Source: an uncultured Clostridia bacterium
Lineage (GTDB): Bacteria; Bacillota; Clostridia; TANB77; CAG-508
DNA: 57,358 nucleotides
Assembly (NCBI GenBank): GCA_947599825.1
Contig: CANQFS010000004.1
Location: forward strand, 1-57,358
Reading direction: 5' to 3'
Shown: positions 29,205 through 39,507 of the stretch, piece after piece
How the letters are laid out: the number at the start of each line of letters is the position of its first letter
Numbering within the stretch: position 1 is the first letter of the stretch
Made by a program: the position numbers and the translations under genes
The notes under the pieces: model-generated
What the model was told of the DNA's origin: nothing
Databases searched by the model: none
Seen by the model: only the letters and a program-made list of their open reading frames with translations

Positions 29205-31875
29205 ATGAGCATACTAAGATATAGTTTTACAATATTATTTTTAATCCTACTATTTTATAGAGTAGGAATATTGTTAAAAATTATATTAAAAAGAAACAAA
29301 GATGACATATTCAATATAATTTTAAATGGTTTTGTAGGAACATTTGCGGTTTTTGAAATAATTGCCTTGCCGTTCAATATATTCAATTGGAATATCTCAA
29401 TATTATATTATATAGAAATTATTACATTTTTTTTAATAATTATATTGTCCTTTTTTCTAAATTGGAAAAGAAATATACAGAAAAAAGATATACAGAAAAT
29501 TGATATAAAGAAAATAGATATAAAGAAATATAGCAAAAGCATAAATAAAAAAACAAATATAATTACAATTGCAGTGCTTCTTCTTATTGCTATACAAATA
29601 TTTTTATCTTCATATTTATATACTAGCAATGCAGATGATTCTTTTTATATTAGTTGGGCACAACAAGCAAAACAATTAGAGCAATATCAAAACACTAACC
29701 CTTCATTAGGACAAGAAGGCTCTATTTTTCCAAAAGCATATCTATTAAACTCTTGGGAAATTTTTCTTGGATTTATAGCAAGACTATTTAATATCCATGT
29801 TTCAACATTAGCACATACCATATTTCCAATGATTTTAATTGCAATTTCATATATGGCATATTATATATTACTTAGAAGAATTAGCAAGAAAAATGCTAAT
29901 TTTATGTTATTAATATTGGCATTTATATTTTTATTTAGTGGGGTTTCTGAAAGATTTAGAGGATATACTTTATTAATAAGAATATGGCAAGGAAAAACAA
30001 TATTAACCAATATATTTATTCCATATATACTATATCATATATGTAATTTGAAATTAGATGGAAGAAAAATAGTATTAATGATGATAACAAATATTGCAAC
30101 TATTGCCTTTAACCCTATAGCAATATGGCTATTTCCTTTATTATATTTCTTTTTCACTATTGTTATGTTATGCAAAAAACAAATAAAAAACGTATTAAAA
30201 ATGCTACTTGTTATACTTCCTAATTTAATAATATTACCAATTTATTTAAAAATAGCGGTTTTGGGAGCAACAGAGGGAAGTGTTCAATCAGTAGATTATA
30301 TAGGATATATAGATTGCTTGAAAGATTTCATTAGAGGCGGAAAATTATTTGTTGTATTATATATATTTAGCATTATTTACATTATATGGAAAGGAAACCA
30401 AAAAGCAAAAAGAGTATTTGTTATAGTACCAATTATTACTTTTTTAACAGCACTAAATCCATTATTTTCAAAAATAGTTCAAAAATATGTTACAACATCA
30501 ACAGTATATTGGAGATTATTTTGGCTTATACCTATAGAATTAACCATTGCATATGCAACTAGTCAATGTATATTGAAAAGGAAAAACAATGTTTTAAAAA
30601 TTATATTTAGTATTTTTATATTATTAGTTATTAGTATAAGTGGAAAAAATATATATTCTTCAAACGGAGGATTTCAAAAACATATAAATGTAGCAAAAAT
30701 ACCACAAAATATTATAAATGAAACAAATTTTATTTTAAATGAATCAGAAGGAAGAAAAGTGTTAGTTATAGCACCGCCAGAACCACTACATGCCACAACT
30801 ATGCGACAATTATCAAGTGATATTATTCTATTTTATTCAAGAGCATTATACAGTGGATATATAGAAGATGAAGAAGAAAAAACACAACTATATAACAAAT
30901 TGCAAGACGGATTAGAAATTGATGAAGTATATGAAGCTTTCCAAAAATTTAAAGTAGATTTTATTATAGCAGATAAAACAAACAAGGAAAATTTAGAAGG
31001 ATTAGAAAAAATTATTGCTAAAATAGTATATGAAGATGAAAACTATATTATTATTCGTAATGAACAATATAGAAATTATATAATACAACTGTCTTCACAA
31101 AGTGGAAGGCAAATGATGGGGTATTTACTAAAAACAGAAAATGGAAAATTGATTGTAATAGATGGCGGAACCAAAGAAGATGCACGGACAATTAATAGAA
31201 CAAATTAACCAAAATGGTGGAAAAGTAGATGCTTGGTTTTTAACACATGCACATGATGACCATGTAGGTGCATTTACAAAAATTATTCAAGATACAGATA
31301 TAGAAATAGATAAGGTATATGTTTCTACAAATGATTTATCTTGGTATGAACAATATGAAAAAGAAAGAATAGACTTTACAAAAACATTTCTTACTACATT
31401 AAAAACAGAAAAACTACAAGGAAAAGTAATAGAGCCAAAATTAAATGAAAAAATACAAGTAGGAGGAATAGCAGTAGAAGTATTAGGTATTAAAAATCCA
31501 GAAATTACAGATAATGCAGGAAATGAACAAAGTATGGTACTAAAATTTACTACAAAGAATAGTAGTTTACTTATTTTAGGAGATACAGGAGAAAAAAGTA
31601 GTAAAAAACTATTACAAAGCCAAAAAGAAAAACTAAAAAGCGATATTGTGCAAATGGCACATCATGGACAAAATGGTGCTACAAAAGAATTATATGAAGC
31701 GGTAAGTCCTAAAATATGCTTATGGCCAACGCCAGATTGGCTTTGGAACAATGATACAGGAGCAGGCACTAATACAGGACTATGGAAAACATTTGAAACA
31801 AGAAAATGGACGGAAGAATTGCAAGTTAAAGAAAATTACGTTGCAAAAGACGGAAAGCAAAGCATTGAAATATAG
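29205..31875 (+). pseudogene. Large polytopic membrane protein fused to a C-terminal metallo-beta-lactamase-fold domain; +1 frameshift at CGG 31185..31187
   Basis: About 12 TM segments with an ADDSFY loop motif. The MBL domain starts before the break (GYLLKTENGKLIVIDGGTKEDA) and continues after skipping C31185 (-GQLIEQINQNGGKVDAWFLTHAHDDHVGAF ... MAHHGQNG). Confidence 0.8.
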
Positions 31876-31941
31876 TACATCTGAAAAACATATACTAAAA
31901 TAATTTAAAAAAATAACAAAAATAAAAGAGGTTTAAACATA

Positions 31942-33255
31942 ATGGAACAAAGTAATATAATAGAAATTCAAAATTTAACAAAAACCTATAAAATGTATGC
32001 AAGTAAAAAATCAAAGTTATTAGAAGTAATTTTGCCTAAATATAATAAACATACAGAATTTAAAGCCTTAGATAATTTGAACCTAAATGTGCAACAAGGT
32101 GAAATTTTAGGGATACTTGGAAAAAATGGAGCAGGAAAATCTACTTTATTAAAAATTATTACTGGAGTTGCAGTACAAACTTCTGGAACTATCAAAGTAA
32201 ATGGTAAAATTAGTTCTCTTTTAGAATTAGGAACTGCATTTAACCCAGAACTAACAGGAGAAGAAAATATTTACCAACATGGACAAGTTATGGGGCTTAC
32301 AAAAAAAGAAATAGAAGAAAAAAAGCAAGAAATTATTGACTTTGCAGATATTGGAGAACACTTATATCAGCCAGTAAAAACATATTCTTCTGGTATGTTT
32401 GCACGTCTTGCTTTTGCATGCGCTATAAATGTAGATCCAGATATTTTAATTGTAGATGAAGTATTATCAGTAGGAGATATGGCATTTCAATTAAAATGTT
32501 TCAAGAAATTTCAAGAATTTAAAGATAAAGGAAAAACTATTCTTTTTGTTACTCATAACATATCAGATGTATTAAAAAATTGCACAAAAACAATTATACT
32601 AGAAAGCGGAAGAAAAATTTTTGACGGAGAAGTAAAAGAAGGAATTGAATTATATAAAAAAATAATTACTGGAAATGCAGTTATAAGTAACAAAAAAAAT
32701 CAAAATAGTAATGAAAGAATATGGCAAACAAAACAAGAAGAACAAGATAATACTGATACATGGAAATCTCATTTTACAGAGAATCCAAATCTAATAGAAT
32801 ATGGAAATAATAAAGCAGAAGTAATTGACTATGGTATTTTCGATTTACATGGTAAATATTTAACAATGATTGATAATGAAAAAGAAGTAGTGCTAAAATC
32901 AAAAGTGAAATTTAATGAAACTATAGATAACCCAATTTTTACTATGACAATCAAAGATTTTAATGGTATTGAAATAGTAGGAACAAATACAATGAACGAA
33001 AAAATATATCCTGGTAAATTTGAAAAAGGAGATATTGTAGAAGTATCTTTTGAGCAAAAACTACCTTTAGCACCAAGCAAATATACATTGTCATTTAGTT
33101 GCACATATATTAATGCCAAGGGAGAACTAGAAGTATTAAATAGAAAATACGAAGCACTTTTAATTGAAATAATTTCGTCTAAAGATTGTGTTGGATTTTT
33201 AAGAATTGATCCTAAAATTACAATAGAAAAAAATATTAAGAAAGGGAGATACTAA
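31942..33255 (+). CDS. ABC exporter ATP-binding protein (Wzt/TagH-like) with a ~190-aa C-terminal extension
   Basis: Walker A GKNGAGKST, signature YSSGM, Walker B ILIVDE. The beta-rich C-terminal domain resembles Wzt carbohydrate-binding modules. Confidence 0.9.
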   Translation: MEQSNIIEIQNLTKTYKMYASKKSKLLEVILPKYNKHTEFKALDNLNLNVQQGEILGILGKNGAGKSTLLKIITGVAVQTSGTIKVNGKISSLLELGTAFNPELTGEENIYQHGQVMGLTKKEIEEKKQEIIDFADIGEHLYQPVKTYSSGMFARLAFACAINVDPDILIVDEVLSVGDMAFQLKCFKKFQEFKDKGKTILFVTHNISDVLKNCTKTIILESGRKIFDGEVKEGIELYKKIITGNAVISNKKNQNSNERIWQTKQEEQDNTDTWKSHFTENPNLIEYGNNKAEVIDYGIFDLHGKYLTMIDNEKEVVLKSKVKFNETIDNPIFTMTIKDFNGIEIVGTNTMNEKIYPGKFEKGDIVEVSFEQKLPLAPSKYTLSFSCTYINAKGELEVLNRKYEALLIEIISSKDCVGFLRIDPKITIEKNIKKGRY

Positions 33256-33258
33256 TAT

Positions 33259-34944
33259 ATGGAGCAAATATATTCAACATCAGAATTAAGAAAAAATGTA
33301 ATTCACTGGTATCCAATTGAAAAAAGTAGTAGCGTTTTGCAAATAGGTGCAACTTCTGTTAAAGTAATAGAAGAATTATGCAATAAAGCAGAAAAAGTAG
33401 TAGTTATTGTAAATACAGAAACAGAAAAAGAAAATATAGAAAAACATATAAAAACGGAAAATATAAAAGTTAAAGTAGAACCTGCTTTAGAAGAATTAGA
33501 ACAAGAAAAAGAAGAATATGACTATGTTACACTAATTGATTCTATAGAATTATATGAAGGTATAATAGAAAAAAAAGCGTATAAAAGATTAGATACATTA
33601 TTAGGTTTAGCAAAGAATAAATGTAAAAAAGATGGAAAAATATTAATTACTATTCCTAATAAGTATGGCATTAAATTTTGGACTACTATGTATGCACAAA
33701 AAAATATATTATGCAATGAAAAATTTGCCTTAAGCAAAAAAATGATTCAAAAATTATTAGAAAAGAACGAATTATTGCACTATAAGTATTATTATATGCT
33801 ACCAGATGATAAAATAACAAATGTAATTTTTACAGATAATTATATGCCAAACATAGAAAGTATTAACAGAAACTTTACTTATGGAGAAGAAGAATTTACG
33901 AATTTTAATCAAACAGAGGCTTATATAGAACTTTTAAAAGAAGATAAAGATTTATTTCCTTTTTATGCAAATAGTTATTTTGTTGAAATAGGAAAAGAAA
34001 GTCTGCAAGAAAATCACATTCAATTTGTTTCTTATACAAATATAAGAAAAGAAGAATATCGCATTCAAACTACTATTTATGAAGATAGAGTAGAAAAAAC
34101 AAATATAAATGAAAAAGCAAAAGATCATATAAATAACATAAAAAGAAATATTGATGTAATGAATGAAATAGGACTTAACACACTAGATTCTTATGAAAAT
34201 GGTAAAATTATAAGCAAATACGTAGAAAATGCAAAAACTTATGACAAAATATTATTAGAATATTTGGAAAAAGAGGAAAATGATAAATTTTTTCAAACAA
34301 TTGAAGACTATAAACAAAATGTATTATACAAGTTAGGAAAAGTAGAATTAAAAGACATACAAGATAACAATATTTTTACTAAATATGGAGTAAAATGTCC
34401 AAATGACGTATTGGCTAAATTTCAATTTATAAAAAATGGATTATGGGACTTAATTTTTCAAAATATATTCTATATAGACGGAAAATTATATTTTTATGAC
34501 CAAGAATGGTATGATGAAAACGTACCAATAGAGTATATTCTTTATAGAACAATTGCTTATTTTGGTAGTGCACATGCATATATACCTTCAAAGCAATTAT
34601 ATGAGAAACTAGGAATTTTGGAATATATAGATATATTTCAAGAATTAGATGAAAAAATTCAAGAAAAAATTAGAGATGAAAAAATATGGAATCTGCATAA
34701 ATCTACTAAAACAGGACAAACCTTACTAGATTCATATAACAACTTAAAAGAAGTAGAAAAAACTGAAGGAAAACAAACAAAGAAAACAAAGAAAGAATTA
34801 ATGGAAGATATTGATACATTAGAACATGAAATTACAAAATTAAAACAAGAAAATCAACAAATGGTAAATTCAGTTTCTTGGAGAATAACTAAGCCAATTC
34901 GATGGGTTAGAGAAAATATAACAAAACAAAAGGAGAAAAAATGA
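33259..34944 (+). CDS. Multidomain protein: methyltransferase-like fold, kinase-like region and C-terminal coiled coil (WbdD-like architecture)
   Basis: N-terminal Rossmann-like VLQIGATS...KVVVIV...DGKILITIPN. Kinase-like WDLIFQNIFYIDGKLYFYDQEW. Coiled coil ending in SWRITKPIRW. The stop overlaps the next start (ATGA). Confidence 0.45.
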   Translation: MEQIYSTSELRKNVIHWYPIEKSSSVLQIGATSVKVIEELCNKAEKVVVIVNTETEKENIEKHIKTENIKVKVEPALEELEQEKEEYDYVTLIDSIELYEGIIEKKAYKRLDTLLGLAKNKCKKDGKILITIPNKYGIKFWTTMYAQKNILCNEKFALSKKMIQKLLEKNELLHYKYYYMLPDDKITNVIFTDNYMPNIESINRNFTYGEEEFTNFNQTEAYIELLKEDKDLFPFYANSYFVEIGKESLQENHIQFVSYTNIRKEEYRIQTTIYEDRVEKTNINEKAKDHINNIKRNIDVMNEIGLNTLDSYENGKIISKYVENAKTYDKILLEYLEKEENDKFFQTIEDYKQNVLYKLGKVELKDIQDNNIFTKYGVKCPNDVLAKFQFIKNGLWDLIFQNIFYIDGKLYFYDQEWYDENVPIEYILYRTIAYFGSAHAYIPSKQLYEKLGILEYIDIFQELDEKIQEKIRDEKIWNLHKSTKTGQTLLDSYNNLKEVEKTEGKQTKKTKKELMEDIDTLEHEITKLKQENQQMVNSVSWRITKPIRWVRENITKQKEKK

Positions 34945-36758
34945 AGATTATTAATATTTTTAGGCAAGTAAAGTATTATTTGAAAAATTATGGTATTAAA
35001 AAAACAATTAGGAAAATTATTTCAAAAATCTTTGTGCCACAAAATGTACAAAGTGAAAGACAAAAATATCAAACATGGATTTTAAATAATGAACCAACTA
35101 AAGAAGAATTAGAAGAGCAAAGAAAAACAAAATTCTCATTTGAACCTAAATTTAGTATTGTTGTGCCAATGTATAATACACCATCTAAATTTTTAGAAGA
35201 ATTAGTAGATTGCTTTATTAACCAAACTTATTCTAATTGGGAACTTTGCTTTGCAGATGGAAGTCCAAAAGAAAATGAAGAACTAAAACCTATTTTAAGT
35301 AAAGATAAAAGAATTAAATATAAATTTTTAAATGAAAATAAAGGAATTTCAGGAAATACAAATGAAGCGTTAAAGTTAGCAACAGGAGATTTTATTGCTT
35401 TAGTAGACCATGATGATTTAGTGCCAACTTTTTGCTTATATGAACTTGCAAAAACAATAAATGAAAATCCAGAAGTAGAGTTTATATACACAGATGAAGA
35501 TAAAATAGAAGGAACAAAAGATAAGAGATGCGACCCACATTTTAAGCCAGACTTTTCAATTGATGCTTTAAGAGCAAACAATTATATTACACATTTATCA
35601 GTATTTAAAAAAGAATTAATGGAAAAATTAGGTGGCTTTAGAGAAGCCTATAATGGTGCACAAGATTTTGACATTATTATACGAGCAGCAGAAAATACAA
35701 GCCATATAATACATATTCCAAAAGTATTATATCATTGGAGAGTACACCAAAATTCTACTGCAATGGCATCTAGTGCAAAACCTTATGCTTATGAAGCGGG
35801 CCTTAGAGTAATTGAAGACCACTTAAAGAGGCAAAATTTAAAAGCAAAGGTAACTAATGGAGGAGATATTCCAGGAGTTTACCAAGTAGAATATGAAGTA
35901 GAAGGAAAGCCAAAGGTATCTATTGTTATACCAAACAAAGATAGTATTAAATTATTAAAAAAATGTATTACTTCAATTTTGAAACTAACAACCTATGAAA
36001 ATTATGAAATTGTAATAATCGAGAATAATTCTGAAGATGAAAAAACTTTTGAATATTACAAAGAAATACAAAAATTAGAAAAAGTAAAAGTAATTTATTA
36101 TCCAGAAAAAGGTTTTAACTATTCTAAAATTATTAATTTTGGTGTAAAGAATTGTGAAGATAGTGAATTCATACTTCAACTAAATAGTGATACAGAACTA
36201 TTAACTCCAAATTGGCTAGAAAAATTTATTGGATTTGCACAAAGAAAAGATATAGGAGCGGTAGGAGCAAGACTTTATTATGAAGACAAATCAATTCAAC
36301 ATGCAGGAATTGGAATTGGAATTTGCGATTTGGCAGCCAATTTACTAACTAATACACCTCAATATGCACATGCATATTTTGGTAGAGAGTGCTTAACTCG
36401 TAATGTTTCTGCAGTAACAGGTGCTTGCTTGTTTGCAAGAAGAGAAATTTATGAAGAAGTAGGATATATGGACGAGGAAAATTTTGCAGTAGCGCTAAAT
36501 GATGTAGATTTTTGCTTAAAAATAAGAGAAAAAGGGTATTTAATAGTGTATAATCCTTACATTGAGTTAATGCATTTCGAATCAAAAACAAGAGGATATG
36601 AAGATACCAAAGAAAAGAAAGAAAGATTCGAAAAAGAATGTAATAACTTTAGAACAAAATGGAGAGAGGTACTAGATGAGGGTGATCCATATTCTAATAT
36701 TAACTTTGCACAAGATAATGCACAATACACAATTAGAGTAGACAAAATTAAGAAATAA
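34941..36758 (+). CDS. Two-domain family-2 glycosyltransferase (605 aa)
   Basis: Two GT-A modules: FSIVVPMYNT...DHDD and VSIVIPNKDS...IIENNS...NSDTE. Confidence 0.88.
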   Translation: MKIINIFRQVKYYLKNYGIKKTIRKIISKIFVPQNVQSERQKYQTWILNNEPTKEELEEQRKTKFSFEPKFSIVVPMYNTPSKFLEELVDCFINQTYSNWELCFADGSPKENEELKPILSKDKRIKYKFLNENKGISGNTNEALKLATGDFIALVDHDDLVPTFCLYELAKTINENPEVEFIYTDEDKIEGTKDKRCDPHFKPDFSIDALRANNYITHLSVFKKELMEKLGGFREAYNGAQDFDIIIRAAENTSHIIHIPKVLYHWRVHQNSTAMASSAKPYAYEAGLRVIEDHLKRQNLKAKVTNGGDIPGVYQVEYEVEGKPKVSIVIPNKDSIKLLKKCITSILKLTTYENYEIVIIENNSEDEKTFEYYKEIQKLEKVKVIYYPEKGFNYSKIINFGVKNCEDSEFILQLNSDTELLTPNWLEKFIGFAQRKDIGAVGARLYYEDKSIQHAGIGIGICDLAANLLTNTPQYAHAYFGRECLTRNVSAVTGACLFARREIYEEVGYMDEENFAVALNDVDFCLKIREKGYLIVYNPYIELMHFESKTRGYEDTKEKKERFEKECNNFRTKWREVLDEGDPYSNINFAQDNAQYTIRVDKIKK

Positions 36759-36774
36759 AAGGGAGAAAACAAAA

Positions 36775-38310
36775 ATGAAAGAAAAATGTAAAAAAATATT
36801 TGCAAAAACTGCCTATTTATGGGAAGCAATTTTTTCATTTGTATTTGCTTTTTGCATTTATCAATTTACAACCAAAAAATATTATGAAGGCTATTTTGCA
36901 TATTTATATTTGGTTGGTATTGTAATATTTGGCGCCTTAACAATTTTAACTATTATATATAATACAAAAGCAGGAAAAGGCAAATTAGAAAAGTTGTTTA
37001 TTACTTATATTATACCAGTGGGAATTTCTTATATGATTTTTATGCTTCCAACCTATGCACCAGATGAAATTGCACATATATGGAGAGCATATGGACTATC
37101 CCAAGGGGATATTATGGTTAGGCAAAATGAGGAAGGCGTAGCAATAGGAGAAGAAATACCACAAATATTATTAGATGCTAGTCACGGAAATTTAAATAAA
37201 TATAGCAAACTAAACAAAATTCTAAAACAAGAGATAGATTATGAAAATATTAGAGATATAGTAACGCCAGCACAAAATTATATGTTTATATTTTACGTGC
37301 CTTCTGCAATTGCTTTCTTTATTGTAAGAACTTTACATATTTCTGCCATATATGGAATTTATTTAGGAAAAATATTCAATTTTATTATTTTTATTTTAGG
37401 TGGTTATTATACCATTAAGAAAATACCTTTTGGAAAGTATATTATCTTTACTTGCTTATTTTTACCAATGGTATTGCAACAGGCAATATCTATCTCTTTT
37501 GACTCATTGATGAACACAACCATTTTTGTTTATATTGCATTTACATTGTCACTTGTATTTAGAGAAGAAAAATTAAATAAAAAAGAAAAAATAGTATATT
37601 TTGTATTAACAGCACTAATTGCATTATCTAAAATGACGTATTTACCTATAATTGGATTAGGTTTCATTTTACTATTTGATAAGAAAATGACTAAAAAAGA
37701 AAAAATAATAATGTTTGGAGTAGGAACTCTTATTTGTTGTAGTTTACTTGTTGCTCATTCTATGCTTACTAGAAACTTAGAAGCAGAGCCAAGTGTATAT
37801 GTCGTAGAAAATCATGTAGATAGTAAAGCACAAATAGAATTTATATTGAAAAATCCAATTAGCTATGTTAAGATGTTGATAGATACAATAAAAACTAATA
37901 TTGAGTTCTATGTTAATAGTTGTGTTGGCTCTCCATTAGGCTGGCTAAATATTCCAATTTCACAAATATTTATTGATATGTTTTTACTATTATTAACATT
38001 TTCAGCCTTTGTGGAAGACAATTCTGTAGCCTTTACAAGCAAACAAAGAATATGGAATTTATGCATAGTTTTAGCAACTATAATTTTAATTATTACAGGC
38101 TTATATATAATATGGACTGGAGTAGGAGGAAACATAGCACTAGGAGTTCAAGGTAGATACTTTATTCCTGTTTTACCATTACTATTATTATGTTTTAGTA
38201 TGAAACATAATTATATAAAAGTTCCTAAAGTTATGTATTTGTGGCCAATTGCTTTAACAATATTAAACTTTTTTGTAGTAAAACAACTATTCTTTTTCTT
38301 TATAATTTAA
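36775..38310 (+). CDS. Polytopic membrane protein, DUF2142/GT-C-like
   Basis: About 13 TM segments, a first-loop APDEIAHIWRAY motif and the C-terminal GVQGRYFIPVLPLL motif shared with 49393..50877. Confidence 0.65.
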   Translation: MKEKCKKIFAKTAYLWEAIFSFVFAFCIYQFTTKKYYEGYFAYLYLVGIVIFGALTILTIIYNTKAGKGKLEKLFITYIIPVGISYMIFMLPTYAPDEIAHIWRAYGLSQGDIMVRQNEEGVAIGEEIPQILLDASHGNLNKYSKLNKILKQEIDYENIRDIVTPAQNYMFIFYVPSAIAFFIVRTLHISAIYGIYLGKIFNFIIFILGGYYTIKKIPFGKYIIFTCLFLPMVLQQAISISFDSLMNTTIFVYIAFTLSLVFREEKLNKKEKIVYFVLTALIALSKMTYLPIIGLGFILLFDKKMTKKEKIIMFGVGTLICCSLLVAHSMLTRNLEAEPSVYVVENHVDSKAQIEFILKNPISYVKMLIDTIKTNIEFYVNSCVGSPLGWLNIPISQIFIDMFLLLLTFSAFVEDNSVAFTSKQRIWNLCIVLATIILIITGLYIIWTGVGGNIALGVQGRYFIPVLPLLLLCFSMKHNYIKVPKVMYLWPIALTILNFFVVKQLFFFFII

Positions 38311-38311
38311 G

Positions 38312-38360
38312 TGGAAAGATTTGGGACGCGTCCTAATCTTTCCAAAAAAGGAGAAAAAAA
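38312..38360. repeat. 49-nt palindrome-plus-RBS cassette, copy A (upstream of glf)
   Basis: tGGAAAGATTTGGGACGCGTCCTAATCTTTCCaaaaaaggagaaaaaaa is identical over 49 nt to 39459..39507. The ggagaaaaaaa RBS part is duplicated once more before ATG 38371. Confidence 0.95.
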
Positions 38361-38370
38361 GGAGAAAAAA

Positions 38371-39483
38371 ATGAAAAAATATGATTATTTAATAGTAGGA
38401 GCAGGTTTATTTGGAGCAACATTTGCTTATGAAATGACAAAAAAAGGGAAAAAATGTCTTGTATTAGACAGAAGAAATCACATTGGTGGTAATATTTATT
38501 GTAAGAACATAAATGGAATTAACGTGCATCAATATGGAGCACATATTTTCCATACAAGTGACAAAGAAATTTGGAACTATGTAAATCAATTTGTAGAATT
38601 TAATAACTATGTAAATAGTCCAATTGCCAATTATAAAGGAGAATTATATAATTTGCCTTTTAATATGAACACTTTTTCTAAACTATGGAATATTCAAACA
38701 CCAGAGCAAGCAAAACAAAAAATAGAAGAACAAAAACAAAAATACGGTGTAGAAAATCCAACTAATTTAGAAGAACAAGCAATTTCTTTAGTTGGAAAAG
38801 ATATTTATGAAAAATTAGTAAAAGAATATACTGAAAAACAATGGGGAAGAGATTGCAAAGATTTACCAGCTTTCATTATAAAACGTTTGCCAGTTCGTTT
38901 CACATTTGATAACAATTACTTTAATGACCGTTACCAAGGAATTCCAATTGGTGGTTACAATGTAATTATTGAGAAAATGCTAGAAAAATGCGATGTAGAG
39001 CTAAATGTAGATTACCTAAAAGAAAGAGAAAAATATGATAGTATGGCTAAAAAAGTTTTATATACTGGAATGATTGATGAATTTTTCAACTACAAATTAG
39101 GCAATTTAGAATATCGCTCTCTAAAATTTGAAAATGAAATTTATGAAAATATAGATAATTACCAAGGCGTTGCTGTTATGAACTATACAAGCCATGAGCA
39201 AGCATATACTAGAATTATTGAACATAAACATTTTGAATTTAATTCTTGCAAAGGAACAATTATTACAAAAGAATATCCAAAAGATTGGAAATTAGGAGAT
39301 GAAGCTTACTACCCTGTAAATGATGAAAGAAATATGAATTTATTTGAACAATACCAAGAACTTGCAAAGCAATACCCTGATGTTCTATTTGGAGGAAGAC
39401 TTGGCAATTATAAATATTATGATATGGATAAAGTAATAAAAGCAAGTTTAGAACTAGTTGGAAAGATTTGGGACGCGTCCTAA
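38371..39483 (+). CDS. glf: UDP-galactopyranose mutase
   Basis: YDYLIVGAGLFGATFA FAD-binding motif, YGAHIFHT and GGRLGNYKYYDMD. Start at ATG 38371; track start 38311 reads through the repeat. The last 7 codons and the stop lie inside repeat copy B. Confidence 0.93.
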   Translation: MKKYDYLIVGAGLFGATFAYEMTKKGKKCLVLDRRNHIGGNIYCKNINGINVHQYGAHIFHTSDKEIWNYVNQFVEFNNYVNSPIANYKGELYNLPFNMNTFSKLWNIQTPEQAKQKIEEQKQKYGVENPTNLEEQAISLVGKDIYEKLVKEYTEKQWGRDCKDLPAFIIKRLPVRFTFDNNYFNDRYQGIPIGGYNVIIEKMLEKCDVELNVDYLKEREKYDSMAKKVLYTGMIDEFFNYKLGNLEYRSLKFENEIYENIDNYQGVAVMNYTSHEQAYTRIIEHKHFEFNSCKGTIITKEYPKDWKLGDEAYYPVNDERNMNLFEQYQELAKQYPDVLFGGRLGNYKYYDMDKVIKASLELVGKIWDAS

Positions 39484-39507
39484 TCTTTCCAAAAAAGGAG
39501 AAAAAAA
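39459..39507. repeat. 49-nt palindrome-plus-RBS cassette, copy B (overlaps the glf 3' end and supplies the RBS of the next gene)
   Basis: Identical to 38312..38360. Confidence 0.95.
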
